Source: a virus. Taken from it: a stretch of 64,000 nt of DNA. The notes under the pieces are model-generated. The model searched no databases. It saw only the letters and a list, made by a program, of their open reading frames with translations, and had not been told where the DNA came from. Position numbers and translations under genes: made by a program. Each line of letters starts with the position of its first letter. The stretch's first letter is position 1. The DNA is taken from IMG/VR virus record IMGVR_UViG_3300027770_000032; one strand, 5' to 3'. This document shows positions 31,879 through 40,067 of this stretch, in pieces.

Positions 31879-34596
31879 ATGGCTACACCAAATAACTTTC
31901 GCGTTAAATCAGGCCTGAATGTAGGCACTACAATAGCAGGCGGTAATACAACTATTACTGGCTTTGCGAATGTCAGCACCAGCGTCAACTCAGCTTCACT
32001 CACTGTAGGTTCTAGCTTCATTGCCAACACGAGCAAAGTGGCTATCGGTACGGCAGTCGGACTTGAAGCGAACGGTGGTATCGGTACTGCCGGTCAAGTA
32101 TTACACTCAAATGGTACTTCGATATACTGGGCAGTTGATGACAATGCCGGAGGAACAGTCACATCTGTCGCAACTGCCAACGGTCTTTCTGGTGGTCCAA
32201 TTACATCAACTGGTACACTCGGTGTAACGACCGGTTCGACACTTACGGTGAATACTGCCGGCATTCATGTGAACTCAGCCTTATCAATCACATCTCTTAC
32301 GTTAGCAGGTGCAGCTTCTGGTGTTACGACACTTGCTGCCGGTAATACAACAATTACAGGTTTTGCAAACGTAACAGGTAACGTACAAATAAGCGCGATC
32401 AATGCAACCTCATTTGGCGCTACGCTTACTTCAAATTCAACGACCGCTATTTTAACTCTTGGCAACTCTTCTGTTACCGCAACAATGAATAGTTCAACCT
32501 TTAGTGGCACTGCAAACAACTCTACGAATCTTGACGGGTCTTCATTAGCTACAGTACAAGGTCAAATTACTGGTAACGCTACTACTGCATATACAAACTC
32601 AGTATCCTACACTGACACAAAGATCGGTACAGCGAATACTGCGATGGTTGCAAATGCCGGTGCAGCATATACCAATGCGACTATTTTTGCTGCCAATGCT
32701 TCGAATGCAAACAATGGCACATTAGCTTTTGCTCGATTACCTTCATTGTTTGTTGGAACGACTACGATTCAGTCAACAAGTGCTGCACAAGCCGTAACAG
32801 GTATTACGACGCTTGCCGCAGGTAACACGACGATTACTGGTGATATTACCGTTTCTGGTAACCTTACTATCAATGGTACTACAACCAATATAAATTCTAC
32901 AAATCTTGTTGTAGAAGATAAAAACATTGTGCTTGCTGACGTAACTACTCCGACCGATGTGACTGCCGACGGTGGTGGTATTACTCTGAAAGGTGCCACC
33001 GATAAGACATTTAACTGGGTTGATGCAACTGACAGCTGGACTTCTTCTGAACATATCGATCTTGCGGCCGGTAAAGTCTATAAGATCGGTACTACTACTA
33101 TTGCTAACTCTACAGCTTTAGGTACTGGAATTCTTGCATCGTCTCTTACCTCTGTAGGCACTTTAAGTTCTCTTACGCTCGGTGGCGCAGTATCAGGCGT
33201 CACAACACTCGCTGCCGGTAATACTACTATTACTGGCTTTGCGAATGCTTCAGTTTCGGTCAACTCAGCATTGTTAACTGTGGGTACAGCCTTTGTTGCT
33301 AATACGATTGGAGCTTTTCACACTGGTACTGTTAACGCTGCATCATTTACAACCACTGGTTTAACAATTAATACTACTGCTATTGTTCCTACATCAAACT
33401 CATCAGGGCAGACATTAGGTAATACCACTTCTAGGTTTGTTTTGTCCGCCAACTCAATTGACACAACAGGCGCAATTAACATCGCCGCCGGGCAAGTGTT
33501 AAAATTCAATAATGATGTTGGTATTTCTCGCTCGCAAGCTGCAGTATTGTCTATCGGCAACGGAACTCAAAATGATTCTACTGGAACAATAAGTCTTACT
33601 GGTGGTTTATTTCAAGGCGCAGTCAATGCAGCTTCACATACTGTCGGTTCTAGCTTCATTGCCAACTCAACGGGCATTACATCAACTGGCTTTGCAAACG
33701 TATCGACTACATTACAAGTGGGAACGAATACAGCCACCTTTGGTACCGCTGTTTATATTATAGCAAGTGGTAACACCGGTGTTGGTACAAGTTCTCCGGC
33801 ATCACTGTTTCATGTCAAACGCGGCAGCAATGCTACCGAAAACTACCCTACTAATACTTGGGCGGCGCGCATTATCAATGCCACCGATGCCAATACTGAA
33901 AATGGCCTTGTTGTCGGCAATCGCTGGGCTGCGGTTGAGTCAACAATTTTTGAAGCCGGGTCGATTTATGGCGGAGGCTCTGCTTGGGCATCTTATTATA
34001 AAGTCACAGGCATTGGAACGCACACTTGGGGCACGGGCTCAACTGGCACTGAAGCTATGCGTATCGATACTAACGGTAACACTGGTATTGGTAACACCGC
34101 ACCGGCCCATAAATTATCGATAGGTGGCACGCTCGCAGCCGGTAACACTACGATCACGGGTTTTGCTAACGTATCGACCACTTTACAAGTAGGAGGCATT
34201 TCTACTCTTGCCGCAAACTTAGTAATGGCCAACAATTTTATTACTCGCCCAGTGTTAGCAGGTTACTCTGAACACGAAGTGTCAAACACGGCAGTTACTG
34301 GTACATTTACACTAGACTTTTCGACTGCAAACTTCTTCGATCTAATACTTACTGGAAACACGACAATCTCACCATCTGGAATTCCAGCGAATACAAGAAT
34401 GGTTTCTGCTACACTTGCAGTCAAACAAGATGCGACCGGAGGAAGAACCATTACATGGCCGACAGGTACTAAATACGCGGGTGCTGTCTCGCCTCCTGCG
34501 ACAACGACTGCAAATGCTGTCGATATCTGGTCGATTATGACGTACGATGCGGGCAATACTTACATTGTTTCATTGTCAGTAAAGAATGCGAGCTAA
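31879..34596 (+). CDS. Modular tail fibre protein
   Basis: N-terminal NFRVKSGL, repeated [11 protein letters not shown] units, modules shared with the 23727 fibre, GNTGIGxTxP repeats, C-terminal QDATGGRTITWP...AVDIWSIMTYDAG domain. Confidence 0.8.
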   Translation: MATPNNFRVKSGLNVGTTIAGGNTTITGFANVSTSVNSASLTVGSSFIANTSKVAIGTAVGLEANGGIGTAGQVLHSNGTSIYWAVDDNAGGTVTSVATANGLSGGPITSTGTLGVTTGSTLTVNTAGIHVNSALSITSLTLAGAASGVTTLAAGNTTITGFANVTGNVQISAINATSFGATLTSNSTTAILTLGNSSVTATMNSSTFSGTANNSTNLDGSSLATVQGQITGNATTAYTNSVSYTDTKIGTANTAMVANAGAAYTNATIFAANASNANNGTLAFARLPSLFVGTTTIQSTSAAQAVTGITTLAAGNTTITGDITVSGNLTINGTTTNINSTNLVVEDKNIVLADVTTPTDVTADGGGITLKGATDKTFNWVDATDSWTSSEHIDLAAGKVYKIGTTTIANSTALGTGILASSLTSVGTLSSLTLGGAVSGVTTLAAGNTTITGFANASVSVNSALLTVGTAFVANTIGAFHTGTVNAASFTTTGLTINTTAIVPTSNSSGQTLGNTTSRFVLSANSIDTTGAINIAAGQVLKFNNDVGISRSQAAVLSIGNGTQNDSTGTISLTGGLFQGAVNAASHTVGSSFIANSTGITSTGFANVSTTLQVGTNTATFGTAVYIIASGNTGVGTSSPASLFHVKRGSNATENYPTNTWAARIINATDANTENGLVVGNRWAAVESTIFEAGSIYGGGSAWASYYKVTGIGTHTWGTGSTGTEAMRIDTNGNTGIGNTAPAHKLSIGGTLAAGNTTITGFANVSTTLQVGGISTLAANLVMANNFITRPVLAGYSEHEVSNTAVTGTFTLDFSTANFFDLILTGNTTISPSGIPANTRMVSATLAVKQDATGGRTITWPTGTKYAGAVSPPATTTANAVDIWSIMTYDAGNTYIVSLSVKNAS

Positions 34597-34599
34597 GAT

Positions 34600-35922
34600 A
34601 TGGGTATTGGTGGAGGTTCTAAATTTACACTCGAAAAAACTTGGCGCGCAAGTGGTGTCGGCACGACTACGTTTAATGCACCAGGCAATATCGCAATCCC
34701 TTACGGTAGAAATGTAATCAACGTTGCTGGTGCAGGTGGCACCGGAACAGCAGCCATTTCTGGTAACTTAAACTATAATCCACTTGTACCAGGAACATTA
34801 AACTATAATCCACTTGTTCCAGGAACATTAAACTACAATCCACTCGTTCCTGGTACTCTTAACTATAACCCACTCGTTCCTGGTAACTTGAACTATAATC
34901 CACTTGTTCCTGGAACATTAAACTATAATCCTCTAGTTCCAGGCAATCTGAACTATAATCCGCTTGTTCCCGGAAACCTAAACTATAATCCACTTGTTCC
35001 TGGAACTGCCAACTATAATGCTGTCGTTCCGGGCACTTCTAACTATAATGCTGTCGTTCCGGGCACTTCTAACTATAATGCTGTCGTTCCAGGCAATTCT
35101 AACTTTAACCCAATTGTTCCAGGAACTGCGAGCACATATAATCCAGAGAGCGCAGGAACAGCGAGCTCATATAATGCTCCAAGCCCAGGAACAATTGCTG
35201 GATATACTCCCTATAAAGCCAAAGCGGGTACCGGAGGCAATCCGTTCTATAATGCTCCAACTGCTGGTAATCTGAATTATAACTCTCCTTCTCCAGGTAC
35301 AGTTGCAAGTTATAATTCTCCTTCAGGCGGCACATTTGCTGGTACTAATCCATCAAGTGGAGGTACATTTGCTGGTACTAATCCATCAAGTGGAGGTACA
35401 TTTGCTGGTACTAATCCATCAAGCGGCGGTACTTTATCTTCATACAATGCTCCAACTGGCCAAACATCGACCGGAACATATAATGCTCCAACTGGAAAAA
35501 CATCGACCGGAACATATAATGCTCCAACTGGTCAAACATCAACAGCAACATACAATGCTCCAACTGGCCAAACATCGACCGGAACATATAATGCTCCAAC
35601 TGGAAAAACATCAACAGGCACTTATAATGCACCAACGGGTCAAACCTCAACAGGCACTTATAATGCACCAACGGGTCAAACCTCGACCGGAACATATAAC
35701 GCTCCGACTGGACAAACGTCGTCAACATATAATCCAAATACTCCGGCAGTTGCCGGTACCTCATCATCAGCGCTCGGCGTGACAGCTCCCGGATCGGCGA
35801 CCGGAGGAACTCCAGCAACACCGGTAGGTCAAACACTTGTTAGCTATTATACATATCCAGATAACGCAACATATCCTGTGACAGTGGCTCCTGGGGGTAA
35901 TATAACTATAGTAGTATCGTAA
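34600..35922 (+). CDS. Pro/Tyr/Asn-rich tandem repeat protein, putative fibre-tip adhesin
   Basis: Non-repetitive N-terminus (TTTFNAPGNIAIPYG...VAGAGGTG) and C-terminus (SSALGVTAPG...YPVTVAPGGNITIV) flank about 320 aa of repeats; starts 3 nt after the fibre stop. Confidence 0.7.
   Translation: MGIGGGSKFTLEKTWRASGVGTTTFNAPGNIAIPYGRNVINVAGAGGTGTAAISGNLNYNPLVPGTLNYNPLVPGTLNYNPLVPGTLNYNPLVPGNLNYNPLVPGTLNYNPLVPGNLNYNPLVPGNLNYNPLVPGTANYNAVVPGTSNYNAVVPGTSNYNAVVPGNSNFNPIVPGTASTYNPESAGTASSYNAPSPGTIAGYTPYKAKAGTGGNPFYNAPTAGNLNYNSPSPGTVASYNSPSGGTFAGTNPSSGGTFAGTNPSSGGTFAGTNPSSGGTLSSYNAPTGQTSTGTYNAPTGKTSTGTYNAPTGQTSTATYNAPTGQTSTGTYNAPTGKTSTGTYNAPTGQTSTGTYNAPTGQTSTGTYNAPTGQTSSTYNPNTPAVAGTSSSALGVTAPGSATGGTPATPVGQTLVSYYTYPDNATYPVTVAPGGNITIVVS
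34762..35121 (+). repeat. 30-bp tandem repeats: 8x G(N/T)LNYNPLVP, 3x GT(A/S)NYNAVVP, 1x GNSNFNPIVP
   Basis: Counted from the translation and DNA. Confidence 0.95.
35326..35727 (+). repeat. 3x 33-bp (GGTFAGTNPSS) followed by 8x 36-bp (YNAPTG(Q/K)TSTGT) tandem repeats
   Basis: Counted from the translation and DNA; the last unit is one codon shorter. Confidence 0.95.
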
Positions 35923-35946
35923 TTTTTATATAATGAGGAATATATA

Positions 35947-36537
35947 ATGACTTTTGACTTTCAAAAATATAATGCGCCGTTGGAGTGTTTTGCTATATGG
36001 GAAGGTGGATTTACACCTGAAGAAGTAGACAAAATCCTTTATATGGAATCTCTCCAAAACTTTGGAAAAGGTACAGTAGGATCCGAGAATGCAGTTGCTA
36101 AAAAAGAAGTCAGAGACTCTGAAATAGCATGGATTCACCCCGATCAACATTCCCATTGGTTATTTGAACGACTTGCTGCAATCACATCAACCATAAATCA
36201 TCAACAATTTATGTATGATATTAAAGGTGTTGAACTTCTTCAATACACAAAATACAATATTAACCAACACTACACTTGGCACTGGGATGTTGAGTTTGGT
36301 TGGCAAAACTTTCAGCGTAAAATCTCTGCCACGATGATGCTCTCTGATCCTGATGAGTATGAAGGTGGTGAACTCGAGGTTTGCAATAATGGCAATTTTG
36401 AAGATACTAAAGTAGTGAAACCTAAAAAAGGTGATATTGTTTTCTTTGCATCTTGGATGCCGCATCGAGTAAAACCAGTTATTTCTGGTGAAAGAAAATC
36501 ATTGGTAATGTGGGTAATGGGAAAAAGGCAATCGTAA
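35947..36537 (+). CDS. 2OG-Fe(II) oxygenase, prolyl-4-hydroxylase/PKHD-type
   Basis: QYTKY...HYTWHWD (HxD), RKISATMMLSDPDEYEGGEL, HRVKPVISGERKSLVMW. Confidence 0.9.
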   Translation: MTFDFQKYNAPLECFAIWEGGFTPEEVDKILYMESLQNFGKGTVGSENAVAKKEVRDSEIAWIHPDQHSHWLFERLAAITSTINHQQFMYDIKGVELLQYTKYNINQHYTWHWDVEFGWQNFQRKISATMMLSDPDEYEGGELEVCNNGNFEDTKVVKPKKGDIVFFASWMPHRVKPVISGERKSLVMWVMGKRQS

Positions 36538-37253
36538 TGTTTAACTTCTTTAAAAAACCGGTGATGGAATTCTATTGCCATCCAGAACAACATGGTGTTA
36601 TTCCTGAACCAAAACCGGCTGCAAAGTATATAGCAGATTGGTTTAAAAAAATTCCTGTCGATCTTGATGAAAGAGACACGTTTGGTGCTCGATCAATGTC
36701 TGCAAAGAAATGTATGCCAATGCTAGATGCAATGACATTAGGATACGTGATTCCTTTACAAGCAGATCTACATCTCATTTCTAATCACGATCGCACTCAT
36801 ATTGAGGTGACAAATCCTCCTGGTACAAAGATTTGTGAGTTTCATAATATCAAGCAAGTTGGTGAAAAGACTGCGCCCGGATTTCCGGCAGCTCCAATAA
36901 AGTTCATCAACTATTGGGTGATTAAAACAAAGCCCGGTTATTCTACGATGATCATGCCATTAGTTAATAATTTTGATAATGACTTTACGTGTTTGTCAGG
37001 TCTTGTCGACACTGATAGATATCCTAAAGAAATCAATTTTCCTGCAATCTGGCACACTCCTAACTTTGATGATATTATTCCAGCAGGAACTCCACTTGTT
37101 GTAGTGTTTCCTATTAAAAGAAGCGATATTCCATCTAAACCAATCGTCAGAGAAATGACCACTAAAGAATTTAAACACATTGATAATATCAAAAAAGCAC
37201 AAGACAGTCGTCGTCATGTCTATACACAAGAATTGAGGGAACCTAGAAAATGA
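36537..37253 (+). CDS. Hypothetical protein, dUTPase-fold-like (DUF6065-like), paralogue 1
   Basis: ATG at 36537 (TAATG overlap). KKCMPMLDAMTLGYVIP, SGLVDTD, IIPAGTPLVVVFPIKR. Confidence 0.5.
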   Translation: MFNFFKKPVMEFYCHPEQHGVIPEPKPAAKYIADWFKKIPVDLDERDTFGARSMSAKKCMPMLDAMTLGYVIPLQADLHLISNHDRTHIEVTNPPGTKICEFHNIKQVGEKTAPGFPAAPIKFINYWVIKTKPGYSTMIMPLVNNFDNDFTCLSGLVDTDRYPKEINFPAIWHTPNFDDIIPAGTPLVVVFPIKRSDIPSKPIVREMTTKEFKHIDNIKKAQDSRRHVYTQELREPRK

Positions 37254-37969
37254 TTTTCAATTTTCTTAAAAAGAAAAAAGATCTTGAATTTGTAGATACC
37301 AGTAGAACTGCTTATCAGACATATCCTGTTGTAAGAGCGGCTGATATCAAACCGCGCACATTTGAATATCAAAAAAACAAATACAAAAAGCATATGTTGC
37401 CTCACTGCCCCGGTATGATTCAATATGCTGAGATGGGATATATTATTCCTGCATGGATTGATATTCACATTAGAGCGAATAAAGCAGGTGTTGCTCACTA
37501 TATTGGATCTGACGAACGCGGAACCCGCGGATATTTGCCAGGTAGAGTAATGGGTGCAGACGTAATCGATGGGATCTTTGAACCAGAAGATGGTGTTCCG
37601 TTGACTCCTCTTAATTTTGGAGCACCTTGGGCTATTTTTGGTCGTGGTAATATTACAGCCTTGTTATTACCTGCGATTTATCATTCAGACTTCTTAGACG
37701 ATTTGATGGTATTACCTGGATCTGTTGATTATGAAAAGTTTCATACTGCCAATTTTATCTGTGCTCCAAAGCGTGAGTGCGAGGTACATATCAAAGCTGG
37801 AGATCCTTTGTTGCATGTGATCCCGTTCTGGAATAAAGAATTTAATGCTGGATTTGGGCCTGGATCACAAGATCAAGTAGACAAATGGAATAATGAAATT
37901 CCCGGTGATGATAAACAATATTATCGTAGGTTTCAAATGTTAAAGAAAGTGTTTAGGTTGTCAAAATGA
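37250..37969 (+). CDS. Hypothetical protein, dUTPase-fold-like (DUF6065-like), paralogue 2
   Basis: HCPGMIQYAEMGYIIPAW, PGSVDYE and IKAGDPLLHVIPF align with the upstream gene; both begin MxFNF(F/L)KK-like. Confidence 0.5.
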   Translation: MIFNFLKKKKDLEFVDTSRTAYQTYPVVRAADIKPRTFEYQKNKYKKHMLPHCPGMIQYAEMGYIIPAWIDIHIRANKAGVAHYIGSDERGTRGYLPGRVMGADVIDGIFEPEDGVPLTPLNFGAPWAIFGRGNITALLLPAIYHSDFLDDLMVLPGSVDYEKFHTANFICAPKRECEVHIKAGDPLLHVIPFWNKEFNAGFGPGSQDQVDKWNNEIPGDDKQYYRRFQMLKKVFRLSK

Positions 37970-39036
37970 AAATATTTGTATCAATCTGTTCTTATAGAGA
38001 TCCACTTTTACATTATACTCTTGAGAGTTTAATTGAAAACAAATCAAATAGACACGAAGCAACTTACTCGATCTTAGAACAGATCGTATACAAAGACTCG
38101 CTTGAGAAGTTATATCCAGAACTTGTGGCAAGACCGGATGTTGTTTATAAAAGAGTCGAACCACAATATTCAGACGGGGTAGGTTGGGCGAGAAAGGTTA
38201 ACTCACTGAATGTAAGAGATGAGGATTTCTTTTATCAAATCGACAGTCATATGGTGTTCGATGAAAACTGGGATCGATATCTTGTAGAAGACTATAAGCG
38301 TGGTGTCAAGAAATCTGGTAGTAAGAAAGTTATTATTGACGGTGGAACTAAAACTTATACGTTAACTGAAAAGTTTGAACCGTATAAACATATAGAAGCT
38401 TACGGAATTACCACACATGCAAAATATTTTATGTGGGACAGAAATTCTATATTAGCAGTACATGGACATCATGTTCCTCCTACACCAGATGTGATGCCTA
38501 CAGCACATCTTTTTGCCGGCAATCTTTTTACTCATGTCGAATGGCTTCAAAATGTAGGAATCAATCATCTTTCGTTTTTTGATGCTGAAGAACAGCTTCT
38601 TACTATGACATCATTTGAAGCCGGTTACTATATGTACGCGCCGACTGAAGTTAAAGTATATCATTTCGCCGGATCCGGAGAGTATACTACTAAACAGTGG
38701 TATAAACCTATTATTAGTATGGATAAATACTCAGAATGCGTAAAAATATCTGTTAAACAGTGGACAGATTATCTTGAATATGTTCAAGAATCCGTTCTCA
38801 TAGATTACTACAAATATTCTGGCGTAGATTACATTAATCAAAAGATCGAAGATCGCGGTCGAGACTATCCTGCATTAGTCAGTAAAATGAATTATCCTTT
38901 GATACCAGGCGAAACTCACGTCGTTATTAATAAAGAAATTGAAGAAGACACTAAATCTAATATAATTGTTAATGAAGAAATTCAAGATGATAAAGGTGAA
39001 ATAACAAATGACAGTGCCGAATCTCAAACGGAATAG
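37966..39036 (+). CDS. Glycosyltransferase, GT60-like (Skp1-hydroxyproline GlcNAc transferase family)
   Basis: IFVSICSYRDP N-terminus, GVGWAR, QIDSHMVFDENWD (DSH metal motif), AGNLF, FFDAEE, YH. Confidence 0.8.
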   Translation: MKIFVSICSYRDPLLHYTLESLIENKSNRHEATYSILEQIVYKDSLEKLYPELVARPDVVYKRVEPQYSDGVGWARKVNSLNVRDEDFFYQIDSHMVFDENWDRYLVEDYKRGVKKSGSKKVIIDGGTKTYTLTEKFEPYKHIEAYGITTHAKYFMWDRNSILAVHGHHVPPTPDVMPTAHLFAGNLFTHVEWLQNVGINHLSFFDAEEQLLTMTSFEAGYYMYAPTEVKVYHFAGSGEYTTKQWYKPIISMDKYSECVKISVKQWTDYLEYVQESVLIDYYKYSGVDYINQKIEDRGRDYPALVSKMNYPLIPGETHVVINKEIEEDTKSNIIVNEEIQDDKGEITNDSAESQTE

Positions 39037-39469
39037 AGAATGTGGAGATTGTAAAGAATGCTGTACGGGCACTTTATATGCTGATATTTACGGAAAAATT
39101 ATGGATAAGGGAAGACCGTGTCACTACTTAGGTGGAGAGGGTTGCACTATTTATGAAAAAAGGCCAGGTGTTTGTAAAGCATATGCATGTGAATGGCTAA
39201 GAGATGATTCGACACTTATTCCAGAATGGATGAGACCGGATTTATCAAAAGTTATTATTACGCAAAAAGGCTGGGGTGATAATCTTCAACACAATTATTG
39301 GAATATCGCAGAAAGCCATCAGAAGATTGATTCTGTAATCTTAAATTGGGTCTATATGTATACGTCTTCTCATAATATATGTGCTAACATTGAAGTTGAC
39401 GGAAGATGGTATCAAATGGGCCCTCCCGAATTTGTAGAATATATGCAGAGAAGTGTTTCGGCGACTTAA
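39008..39469 (+). CDS. YkgJ-family cysteine-cluster (CxxCxxCC) protein
   Basis: RECGDCKECC, PCHYL...CTIYEKRPGVCKAYACEW. Confidence 0.85.
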   Translation: MTVPNLKRNRECGDCKECCTGTLYADIYGKIMDKGRPCHYLGGEGCTIYEKRPGVCKAYACEWLRDDSTLIPEWMRPDLSKVIITQKGWGDNLQHNYWNIAESHQKIDSVILNWVYMYTSSHNICANIEVDGRWYQMGPPEFVEYMQRSVSAT

Positions 39470-39473
39470 ATCT

Positions 39474-40067
39474 ATGTTATACGAAGAAATAAAACTTAAA
39501 AATCCTGGGGTATTAAAAACAAAACTACCTAATGATATATTCAGGCAGATAAAAGCTGATGCACTTGCAGATGCTGAAAAAAAGATCCCATATAATGAAC
39601 ATTTAGTAGGTCAAATTGCTGGTGAATATCAAATCAAAGTAAATCCATATTTTGAAAAAATTATTAATAATATGTGGATTGAATATAGAGAAAGATTTGA
39701 CTATCATCTTTCAAACCAATATTATATTTCTGATACAGCATGGATAAATGTCCAGAAAAAACATGAATTCAATCCCGTGCATCATCATGAAGGTGCAGCA
39801 TCTTGGGTTATATGGTTACAGATCCCGTATGATTTAGAGGAAGAATTGAACACTTTTAAAAATGCAAAAAGTCGTGATACTTCTTTATTTTATTTTTATT
39901 ATAATTCGTTTATAGGAACACAAGAAAATTCCCCGCTGTATATTGATAAACAATGGGAAGGAACTATGATTATGTTTCCGGCGATGCTGAAGCATAGCGT
40001 ATATCCATTTTATACTACAGACTCTCCAAGAATTTCAATATCTGGGAACATTGAAGTCCATGCATGA
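39474..40067 (+). CDS. Putative 2OG-Fe(II) oxygenase (HxH type)
   Basis: WINVQKKHEFNPVHHH, SWVIWLQIP, MFPAMLKHSVYPF, RISISGN; ATG 39474 chosen over the upstream GTG. Confidence 0.8.
   Translation: MLYEEIKLKNPGVLKTKLPNDIFRQIKADALADAEKKIPYNEHLVGQIAGEYQIKVNPYFEKIINNMWIEYRERFDYHLSNQYYISDTAWINVQKKHEFNPVHHHEGAASWVIWLQIPYDLEEELNTFKNAKSRDTSLFYFYYNSFIGTQENSPLYIDKQWEGTMIMFPAMLKHSVYPFYTTDSPRISISGNIEVHA

Noticed and set aside
25615-33245. Near-identical blocks in two fibres as a DGR template/variable repeat or invertible shufflon
   Set aside because: Direct, in-frame, internal copies with mostly synonymous differences; no adenine-specific pattern noticed and no reverse transcriptase or invertase in the window.
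34762-35727. 30-36 bp tandem repeats as a CRISPR array
   Set aside because: There are no unique spacers; units are multiples of 3, lie in one open frame and vary mainly at synonymous positions; no cas genes are present.
34600-35922. Multi-core RiPP precursor released as small peptides
   Set aside because: No dedicated protease or exporter, no cleavage motif between repeats, and the gene is coupled to a fibre with domain-like termini. A structural substrate fits better, though this is not formally excluded.
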